A stretch of DNA of 64,000 bases, from positions 248,001-312,000 of the forward strand of contig NC_090598.1 in the NCBI RefSeq assembly GCF_000497125.1. Direction: 5' to 3'. Position numbers and translations under genes: made by a program. Shown one piece after another: positions 53,801 to 64,000 of this stretch. The notes under the pieces are model-generated. The model saw only the letters and a program-made list of their open reading frames with translations. It made no database searches and was not told where the DNA came from. The DNA is from Spironucleus salmonicida (Eukaryota). The first letter of the stretch is position 1, and every line of letters starts with the position of its first letter.

Positions 53801-56523
53801 CATAGATAGATTTTAACAATATAAGCGAGTCTATTCTTATTGATGATAAATATTTTAGGTTAGAATACTCACGACGAACTTTTGAAGAAGTGTAGCTTAT
53901 AAATATGTTTATTTACCCATCTTTTATCATAACTAGTTACTGCAATTATTAATTACTATTTGATGATTATAACTTAAATCCTCTTACATCTATTGAATTG
54001 TATGTAAATCCTTATAACTCATTATCTTTTAAAACTATATATTATTATGAATAATTCACTGCTAAAAACTAAAAATTATTTGAGTATTATAGTAAAGTTC
54101 CTGTATTATCCGACTAGTCTAAAAAAGCAAAAAGATTAAGGATAGACTATCTTATTAATAAATGTATTTACCACACTCCTACCACATTATAATTAGCTTC
54201 TTCAAGTAAAGAATCTTACTATTTAGGTGTTAAACGTTTAGTTTCATAGAAGGAAAATACTTCAAATACGTTTAATTACTAAATTATATTCTACCCGTAT
54301 TATATTTTGGTAAATAGATTATTTATTGAAAGATAAGTAACTTCTAACTATATTTAAATTAATTGTTAACATAACACAAAATATTAGTGTTAATAAGGTG
54401 ATTATATGGAACTAGGTATAATGAAATCATAAAAATGCGAAATTTAAATTTATCAAAACAACAAAACTTTCAAAATTAAATAATATGAAATTAATAATGA
54501 GAATACTATGGTTTAGTTAGCTTAAGAATAAGAGTTCTTATAGACTAGAATATAGTATACTAATTCAAAGTAGTAATTAACAAGAATAATTACAGTATAT
54601 CCAATATTGATATTGAGAAATAATTCTACTCTTCATTTTTTTTATGAATTTAATGATAATTATTCTAATATCGTATCAAGAAAACAATAAGCACATATAA
54701 ATAGTTAGTAGATAGTTAGTAGTTTCTAATTAACAAATTATTTTTATTTGCAACATAATAATATATGGTCTTCTCCAATATCATTAGACTAATAGGGGTC
54801 TTTTACTATTCTTTTCTAAGATATTGATCTAAAATGTGGATTACAAGTTAAAAATATAAATGATATAGTACTAATAGATATTTTTGAGGAAATTTCTGGA
54901 TAACAAATTCTTATTAGTAATTTAACATCTGTAGATTTTAGAATTTCATAAACTACAGAAGGAGATATAAAAATTTACAATCAGTATTATAATCCTGTTT
55001 GCAAAGCGAATTAAATTATTAATTTCTAAGTGTATGATTTAGGTATTCCATAATAGATAAAATTATAGTAAGATGAAGATTTTGTAATAATTTCCTTAAA
55101 TAAAATAGGTAAATGGTAACCTAAAAAATTTGGCAACCACCTTATCTTTGCTTAAGTTGATATCAATGCTAATACAGTTAAGGTTTCATTTAGCTTCCAT
55201 AAAATAGAAGAATTAACAATTTTATAAAAAGCAACAAAAAAATTTAGTGAAGAACTTATTAATGCTAATATTGAAATTTAAATTGAGTAAATTTAAATAT
55301 AAGTTTATCTTAATTGCCACAATTATAAGAAAACCTAACAGAATGTAACTGTTTAGATATTTACATTTTAGTTAAACAATGTCAAAGCAACTCTATTTGA
55401 TTTATAAGAAACGTAAGCTTTAAATTTGGAGGTTCAATAAATTTACCTATATAATTTAGATAAGGCTGCAGATTTCCCTGTTACTGTTAAGTTTTAGCCC
55501 AATAGTTATGATATTAGTGCTCTTAGTATTTAGCTAGAGAAAATTAAACAATACAATCAGTTTATTAATATTAATGTTGCCATTTAGCCTATTTAACTTA
55601 ATATAGATCAGTCATTTTTAGAGAATATATTACTATTTATAAATTCACTTACAGTATCCGAAAATATATTTAGGCTCCCTTAGTAGCAAATGGATATAGA
55701 TGATAAGGAATTAATGTACCAGACTGTATTTAAACCTTTCATTAATATTGAATAATCAAAATTTAATGTCTAAAAAATGTTTATTGCTTTCTTTAATATA
55801 TCTGATATTTATGCAAATGTTAATGTAGCTATTAATGATCTTACATTTTTAGAAAATAATTTTTGGTATTAATTGTTTAGTAATATTGCGTCACCATTCA
55901 TGAATATTACTTCAGCGAATATAAAATTTCAATATTATAAAAAGAAATCATTTATCACAGAGTAATTTGCCTTAATAAATGAAGTAAAGAGATTTTATTT
56001 GGGATAGATTAAGAAAAATATAGGAAATCTCATTAAGTCTTCTATTATTAGTGGATAAACAGCATCTTATGTTGAAGAATAATCTAGTCGTATGTAGGAC
56101 ATTAAAACCTAATCAAGAAAATTAGTAGGAAATTCAGTTTCTAATATTGCAGGCACTGTTTCTTCTGTAGCTAGTTTCATATCAGGAGACTTAAATTACA
56201 AAAAGACTAGTTAAAAACTAATTAGAGACTCATAATAAAATGGCAAAAATGCTATGAGAAATGCTGGAAAAGCACTTACAAATGGTTTCGTAGAGGGATT
56301 AATTGGAATAGTTAAATAACCAATAGTTGGTGGATAGTAAAAGGGTTTTGGTGGTGCTATATCAGGAATTGGTAAAGGTATTGTTGGTATTTTTGCTAAA
56401 CCTGTTTAAGGAATATCTGACTTTGTAGAGCATGTAGGTATTGCAGTAGAAACTGGAGGGAAAAACTAAATGAAAGATTAGATTCCTGATCAATTAATAT
56501 TTAAAAATGGAATTATTGAGTGA
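47860..56523 (+). CDS. VPS13: VPS13 family lipid-transfer protein (paralogue 2), ~2887 aa
   Basis: MLESFVVNLLQDYAEKYLEQFDKKMLQISLVKGDVQI, NNIHIRYED, WEPLIP. C-terminal GFVEGLIGIVKQPIVGGQQKGFGGAISGIGKGIVGIFAKPV. Ends GAG TGA. Confidence 0.9.
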
Positions 56524-56532
56524 AGTGTTAAA

Positions 56533-58905
56533 TCATATAATGCAGCTTATCCCAAGCAGACTGCACAATACAAAAATATAAACTGCTGGCCAGATTTATA
56601 CTTCGTCTCTTTCCACTTTTTCAGAAGGAAAACATCCACCGGCAAATATAATTTCAGAGCAAGTTTGAACACATTTTCCTGTCTTAAAATCAGCAAATTT
56701 ATCACAATATGAGACACACTTACCACCACTAACAAAAAGCCCATCAGAGCATTTTTAGACACACTTCTTAACTCTGGCATCTTGCAAAAGACCGTCACTA
56801 CAGCGCCAAACACACATTCTCGAAAAAGGGTCACCATACATACCACTATCACATTGTTCAACACACATTTTTGTTTCAGGGTTTCCGTAATTAGAACATT
56901 TAAAGACGCATGTTTTAGTTTTAAAATCAGTAAATCTACTACATTCTGATACACACCTGGTATTCTCTGTAAAATTAGCACATTTACTAACACAAGAACC
57001 ATTTTAAGTAATAAAAAGATTATCAGGACAAAGATATTCACATACATTATTATGGTTCTTAAAAGAAAAATTAGGACAAACATCAACACATGTAGAAGTT
57101 CTTTAATCTAAAATTTTATTAGCAGGACATTCTTAAACACAAAGGTTAGAACTATTAAAAAGTTAATAACAAGTTTTACTACAAAAATTTTTATATTATA
57201 GTAAATTGTCTGGACATTTTATGACACATTGCCGAGCCTATAAATCATCAAAATGATATTTATCACATTAATTTTTAGACTCGTTAAATAGACTGTTATA
57301 AAATTCAATTTCTTGGATACAAATAGATTCATTAACAGTAACAAAATTTTCAGGACATACTCGAGTACAATTTCTTTAGAAAATATCAGTTAGGTAAGAT
57401 TTTGGACAATGGTTAACACAGATTCCATTTAGGTTAAATTTTAAATTTGGACAGGAAGTAAGACAAGAATTATCATTTTAAATTAATGGGTAACAATTTT
57501 CTTAACAAATCATTGAGTAATTATTATAAAATGTGTTCGTTGGACAGATTTTTACACATTATAAATTATATTTGTATTCTGTTTTACCACAATTTTCTAC
57601 GCAGGTTTATTACTGTAAATTAAAATAGTATGGACATTTTATAAAACATTTTCTTAATGTAATATCTGCAAAGTAACCGTGTGAACACTTGTCAACACAA
57701 AGCTAATGCTCTTAGAACAAGTTGTTTAAACATACTACTTCTAAAACTTAAGATTAATCTAAAAATGAATTTTAAATATATAATTTATTAATTTCTGCTT
57801 TTTATATTTATCTGCATATTTTGTTCTCCTCAATATACCCTAAAGGACAATTTGTTACGCAAACGGTTCCAAAAATAAATGTACATTCTTAAAATAAAAT
57901 ACATTTTCTATTTTCAACCATTAATATCTTATCTGCAGGACATTACTTGACACAATAATCATCATTATAAAGAAATGGAAAATCGCAAAAAAATTAATTT
58001 TAGTTAACTTAATTTTTTAATATACACTATCCATCCATGGGAATAAAGTTATCATCACAAAATATTTAACATACACCAGATTAGTTATAGGAATTATAAG
58101 GACAGATAGGAACACAACTACCATACCAATATACATAATTATTTTAACATCTATAAAATGTCTGGTTATCATAAGCATGAAAAAAAATTTCACCAAGGTG
58201 AATTTGATAATGGGATGTATTAAACTGATTTTCTATAATATTCTTGTTTTCTGGTTATTATCTATTAAATTTATCTACATTTTACTATAAAAAGTTAGTT
58301 TTCGGCCCAGAAAGTGTATCAGAAATAGTAAATGGTAATAAAATAGATCTATTAAAAATAAAATGTTCACCAATAAAATGGTTATAATAATATTTTACAT
58401 GTTATTAAACTATATCCTATCTACCAATATAATAATAAGTTAATGTCTTATTATAAAGTTAAATCGTTGATATTAAAAACTCAGGATTAATAGTTTACTG
58501 TATAATAAATTCAATAGGTTTAACACTATCTTTGCTTAGGCTGTAATCTTAAACCATATATTTAAAATTATTATTATCAATACAGCTGCCATAAAATAAG
58601 ACGTTATTAAATATATTTTGGCCTAAATCTAGAATAATAGTAGAATTAACGGTTGCTGGTTTTTAGCAATTAATATATATTTAAAGATTAGATATATTAC
58701 ACCTATGAAAAGCGAAAACTGCAGTCTAGTAATGCTAAGAAAATTAAAGCTAGCTTTTCATATTTAATGATATTTCAAATATGTTGAATACTTATTATCC
58801 AAAATCAATAGCTTCTTAAAAACTTACACAATAGTCATTTTAAGTCAAAATTGACTAGTGAATTATATGACTGCAAGGTTAGTAGAATGTTAGCGTCAGC
58901 AGCAT
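56533..58905 (-). CDS. Cysteine-rich membrane/surface protein with CxxxC (furin-like) repeats, 790 aa
   Basis: Short signal MLLTLT, a Cys-poor N-terminal region, many CVxxCP repeats and a terminal hydrophobic segment IWPAVYIFVLCSLLGISCII*. Confidence 0.85.
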
Positions 58906-58996
58906 TAATTAGCGAATTACTTTTTTAATATGGTATAATAACCATATTAAATAAAACCCTTATTTTTCCTTAAAAAGATAATTCATTAATATTAAA

Positions 58997-59653
58997 TCAT
59001 TCTCTGACCAAATAAAATCTTCCACATACATTATTTTCCCAAATAGCAGGACAAACAAGTCCGCAGCCTTCACAATCTGAGTTTCCACACACAACATTTT
59101 TCATATTCCCACACTCTTGAATCTCTTTATTACATCCTAAAAACACCTTTTTAATGCTCTTATAATACTATGGGATGGGTCCATAAAAATCATTACATGA
59201 CCCAATAAATTCGTTTAGAAACTCAAATTTACAATTTGGAAGTTTTTACTATATTTAATTGTTATCAATATGAAGAAACTGCAGGAACTTAAAGTCACAT
59301 ATACAATCATGTAACCTGCTCATATTTGTGTTAGAGAGTTACAAAAATTGCAAATTTTAGGCATAAGAGCAAATTTAAGAAGGGAAAATCGAAATTAAAT
59401 TATTATTTAAATAAAGAGACTTCAATTCGTTAAAACAAGAAAGCTCGGGTGACAAAAAGGTAATACCAAAGTCTGAAAGATCAAGTTCTATAACCTCATT
59501 ATTCAGACCACACTTTACGCCTTAAAAGGCACAATAATCATTAGAATAACGCCAATCGTGTCCTTTTGACCATTTTGAGCCATTAGAATTATGATATAAG
59601 GCCTATAGATTTTCTAATGGTGAAGGGAAGCAAGCAAGGCTTAGTATGAGCAT
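58997..59653 (-). CDS. Secreted leucine-rich-repeat protein with N-terminal cap and Cys-rich end, 218 aa
   Basis: LQALYHNSNGSKWSKGHDW...YCAFQGVKC...VIELDLSDFG; LRRs LKSLYLNNNLI, LQFLQLSNTNM, LQFLHIDNNQI. Confidence 0.85.
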
Positions 59654-60166
59654 TTTATCGATAGTTTAACATTAAAAATAGGGTGTAGAGTTTATAGATA
59701 GGGATATTTGATGCATATTATATTATACTTTTGAAATTAAATATTTATAATTGTTATAAAATTAATAAAATTATATATTATACAACATATATAATTTATG
59801 ATTTGTAGCTATTCCAATACACTGCCAAAATATTACAAACTTCTGTAAAAACTTATTTAGAAAGTAGAACTATACTAATTATCTATAATGTTTTAAATTT
59901 GAATGGAATTATAAATCAACTAGAAGTGTTATTTACATATTTCTTAGTAAAGTAATTGCTTTATTTTATAGTATTAACTATTTTAGATATTTTCAACGTA
60001 AAAATTAATAAACTAACATTCTATTTACTTAACATTGGTATTATATATATTTATATATCAATAAGTAAAATAAAAGATAAGCCATATTCAGTATTGAATT
60101 TTACATTAATTTATAAAACTTTTACTTTTTATAAAAATTTCTTAGCAAAATTAGAAAAGATAATAG

Positions 60167-63043
60167 TCAAAAATAATCATATATGCTCTTTATATCGTCA
60201 TCAGTTAAAAGGCTCGATAATGCATTCCTCTTGTCAGGATCGATCTCCATTTTTGGAACTTTTTCTTTCAAATTAAGGTATTTAGATTTCCACTTTTTAA
60301 TTTCTATCATGCTTTTTTCCAATTATTCACCAGATTTTTTGCTCATTTCTAATGATTCTCTAGCATTAACTTTTTATTTCAATAGATCCTCTTTCATAAT
60401 TGCAACTTTTTTCTCATTTTCACCAAGCTTTTTTAAGTTTTACTATTAATGTTTCAGTAATTCATCATATGCAGTAGTAATAGCTTTCAGTTCTTATTTA
60501 TTATTATAACTATCTGTATTTATAGCTTAAATTTGAGCTTATGTTCCCTAATTTTTGTTTTATAACTCTTGATAAGATTATGTTAATTATTTATTATCAT
60601 CTGAAAGTACTAATGTGCGTTTTCTGAACTATTTAGACTCCTATTAATGCTTAATACAATCTTTTTAAATTTTTCGGACTAAAGCTTTCGAAATCAATAA
60701 TTTTTTCTTATATCCATCGTTAGATTAAGCTATTTCATCTAATTATGATTATTGCTCTTTAATGATTTATTTTCGCTCCTAAAGTTATATCTTGAATTTT
60801 TCATTATCCTAAGATATCTAAGCATATATCTCTCTAGCTGCTGAGCAGTATTCACAAATTGACTCAACTTATACTTATTAGTGTTGCTTCTCCTTTTATG
60901 GTTCAGTTTCAGTAAATTTATCATTTTAAATAAAGGAAACCTAAATTTCAGCATTGATGTAACTAAGTTCATCAGTTATCACAGAAACTGATTTTTTCTC
61001 AATTTCCATTAATTCTTTTAAAGTATGGCGGTACTATCTCAGTTTAATATTTTAACTACCATAAGATGCATTTATATTTAAAAATTATTTCTCTAATGGT
61101 CTCAATTTGTTGCTTAAATTTTCCAATTTTCCTATCTTGTCAGCCAGTTTAATGTTATTATCAATAAACGATTCGAATAACCCTTGTAAAGTAATATTCA
61201 TAAATTAGTACTATCCTTTTTGTTTTCCTCTTTCTTCTTTAACACCGTTCAGAACTTATTTCAGTTTATCCTCCATTATCTAGTTCTTTGTGTTGACATC
61301 ATCATACATTTTCTTTAATTTAATATTCTCTTTAATAACGAGAAAACTCTCTAAATTATCAATTTGGCATTCGACTTCAACTTTTTCAATCTAATAAATT
61401 TCTAGTGCATTTTTCATGTCTTTGATTAAAACATTCTAATTATTCACTAAATTTTATAGTTAATTCTGCTTAATTAATGGAAAATGTGCCTCTTAGTGTC
61501 GTTTTATTTTGATCAAATCAACTTCGATTATATTTTTGAGTGAGTTTGAAAATTCTTTTAACTTTTATATTATATTCTCCATTCCAAAAATTTTGATCTC
61601 CAATTTTTATATTTAAGCGTCTTTCTGAATAATTTTTTCGTGCAGCATTTCTCCATTTGAAGGTAAAGTCTCTAAGTTAAGTAAAAAACTCAAAATTATG
61701 TTATAATTTTCCATTTTAGATGCATTTTCATTTACATAATTACGTATTTTTAATGGTTTTTCTGGTAGATTAACTATATGCTATGATTCATTTTTAGCAT
61801 TTAAATGTGCTATTTGGATGCCAACACCTTTTTAGAAAATTTCGTCATAAACCTAGCATATAGATTTATAGTAAACTATCACCTTGTTGGTACAATTAAA
61901 ATCTTAGCAATGTTCGAACGCTGTAACTTTAGCTTTCAAAATAACATTTTCACTTTCTATTTAATTTAACTAAGTAGAATTTTTATTAACATTAGGAGTG
62001 AAAAACTAATATAAGTTTTAGTTCTTCAGCATTTGCTTTAAATTCTCTATTTCAGTAAGCAAAATTTTGACGATTTCAGCTTTATCAAATTGCATCAAAA
62101 GGGTAAGTTTAGAAAGATTTTGTGTTTCATATTTCTATAAAAGTAGGTTTTTGGCGCTAAAAAGTTCTTCCTATAACAGATAAATAAGGTGGATTTGCTA
62201 ATTTTGTGATAAATTTTCTGGTGAAATAAAATGATTCTACGAACTTTAATTTGATTCATTTTATGTTCCAGTTGATTCTTGTGCACAATGATCAGTTTAC
62301 GTGATAGAATCCATATGTATCTAGTTTTCTGTAGAAATTTATTGTTAAACTAAATCCTAGGATGCTTAAATCTCGCGATTAATGCGTAGAATATTTATCA
62401 CCGATATTTGACCATAATTATGGTCTTGCTAAACTGACAAATCTAGCTGCTTCTTATCACCGTTTCCCGCCTAATTTTGCTTGTCAGAAATCGATGCGCT
62501 ACACTCCAAAACGGACGCACGCAGCACAGTTGAAGAAAGTTGGTTTTCGTGCTTCTGAGCGGCATTTTCCCGTTTCAATTCAGCAATGACGGACTGCTAA
62601 ACGGACATCTGGGCCTGCGATTTAATGAGCAGCTCCTTGTACTTTTCGAGCTGCACTTTTTGGCTGTTCACGTCCGAACCCAGAGAGTCGCGCAGCGAGT
62701 GCAAAGTACTGTTCAGGGAGTCAATCTCGCGATTTTTGGATGCCAGCTGCTGCTGGATCTGCTGGATCGCCAAGTTTTGATCAAAAACAGCGCGTTTTGC
62801 GAGCGCCAGCTCGGTTTTGAGGTCGAAACCCTGCTTGGAGAGCGTGCTGTGCATCTGGTCGTACTGCTGCTCAAACTGCTTTTTCTGGTTAATTAGCAGG
62901 TTCTTATCGTAGGTCAAATCCTTGAATTACTGCCCAATTGTTATAATTGTGTGTAGGCACCCGATCAGGTTTCCGTCTTAGAGTAGGTCAACGCAGCACT
63001 TTAACTGGTCTGGCAGCTCGTTGATTTACTAGGAAATTTGCAT
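60167..63043 (-). CDS. Long coiled-coil protein, ~958 aa
   Basis: In frame with track ORF 62597-62917, ATG 63043 to TGA 60167. Heptad-rich; interior spot-checked. Confidence 0.75.
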
Positions 63044-63099
63044 TTTATTATTATTCGATTCATAATATAATAAATATAATAAATATTTTTGGTGTAATG

Positions 63100-63340
63100 T
63101 CACCAAAGTGTGAACACCATCATGACGATATTCCACACTACCACGATGTATCTTAACAGTTAGATCGCATTGATAATGCTGTAGACTTTGGCCTTCAGCG
63201 TGTTCTCTTCTCCTGGTTTTCTAGTTTGTTAGTAAAAGTTGTATTTATTGAGTTAAAACATACAGAGTAAAGTCTAAAATTGCTGCTGCATTAACGAACA
63301 GTGTGCATGACCATAAAATATCCGTTAGAGATAGAATCAT
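63100..63340 (-). CDS. YOS1: Yos1/IER3IP1 family ER-Golgi membrane protein, two exons (63340-63264, 63220-63100), 65 aa
   Basis: Spliced product MILSLTDILWSCTLFVNAAAILDFTLKPGEENTLKAKVYSIINAIQLLRYIVVVWNIVMMVFTLW* matches the Yos1 pattern (LxxNAxAIL...LKxxxxxLIxAxxxLR...NI). Confidence 0.85.
63221..63263 (-). other. Spliceosomal (U2-type) intron, 43 nt, phase 2
   Basis: GTATGT-TTTAACTCAATAAATACAACTTTT-ACTAAC-AAAC-TAG. Canonical 5' site, and a branch point fused to the 3' site as in diplomonad introns. Removal restores the Yos1 frame. Confidence 0.92.
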
Positions 63341-63454
63341 TTTCTGATAGATACGAATGATATCTAAATAGTATATAACTAATAAGTAAAACTTTATATT
63401 ATTCATATTATAAAATATTTGTTTATAGAACTATATACCACTCCAATTTCTAAA

Positions 63455-63826
63455 ATGGAAGAAATCAAGCAACTTATTTTGTAAGAAATGAAAGTTCGTG
63501 GTATTTACTAAGCCCTTTAATAAAAGATTGCATAGAATTTAGAATCTGCACTCTGTTCGGCATCTACTACTGCTCCCACGTCTCCCTCTTAGGATACACT
63601 GGTTTTGTTAGAAATTTGTGGTGAATTTTTACGCTGGTTAGGACTTAAATCCACCGCGGCAACACTTGAAGCAGAAGCTGGCATATCCACTGCATCTATT
63701 AGGCGTGAGTTCTTAGTAAGCCAGGTAGGACTTAAAATAAGTGCATGTGACTCAGACCTTAGTATTTTGCATTGTATATTACTATTTTGCTAGCAGTTTG
63801 GTGGTGTCGCACCAGTTGAAGTGTGA
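63455..63826 (+). CDS. LisH-domain centrosomal protein, FOP/FOR20 (CEP20)-like, 123 aa
   Basis: MEEIKQLILQEMKVRGIYQALQQKI (TOF-like) followed by LEICGEFLRWLGLKSTAATLEAEAG (LisH) and an SILH end motif. Confidence 0.8.
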
Positions 63827-64000
63827 TCATATATTATCATTATTTTTTACATTTTATACATCATTAATAAAAGATTTTAATCTAGGTAAATTTACAAAAA
63901 TCTGATCAGGTATACTCAATAGCTATTACATGCGTAGTTATATCTATTTTTATTATTTATGTTGAAAGATTGTCTTAACCTTCAAAGTTATGCAACTAAC

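Noticed and set aside
56547-57089. Track ORF of 180 hydrophobic residues
   Set aside because: Wrong frame; the Cys-rich frame 58905-56533 explains the region.
63097-63360. Plus-strand 87-aa His-rich ORF
   Set aside because: It is antisense to the spliced Yos1 gene, which has much stronger support.
1555-63826. Functional clustering of ciliary/basal-body genes
   Set aside because: They are scattered among unrelated genes on both strands, and such genes are common in a multiflagellate genome.

Overview
This is AT-rich, gene-dense eukaryotic DNA that uses the alternative nuclear genetic code (translation table 6: TAA/TAG = Gln, TGA the only stop). That is why the supplied standard-code ORF track is fragmented. 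The code, the near absence of introns, very short intergenic spacers, stop codons embedded in AGTGA and a cysteine-rich membrane protein point to a hexamitin diplomonad, most likely Spironucleus (inference). Retranslating by hand gives about 45 CDSs. They include two ~2,900-aa VPS13 paralogues, an ER FKBP ending in QDEL, uridine kinase, a SHAQKYF-type Myb protein, a Misato-like protein, two MATE transporters, an HMG-box protein, LRR and Cys-rich surface proteins, several basal-body/cytoskeletal genes (TBCC/RP2-like, SF-assemblin-like, SAS-6-like, FOR20-like, possible BBS2) and a three-member unknown family, two members of which carry perfect acidic tandem repeats. Highlights: a 43-nt spliceosomal intron hiding a Yos1/IER3IP1 gene; four convergent gene pairs whose stops are exactly 9 nt apart (TGA-N9-TCA); sharply bounded GC-rich islands; and a structured ~140-nt intergenic ncRNA candidate. 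All translations and family calls were made by eye without database searches, and the long ORFs were only spot-checked for internal TGA.
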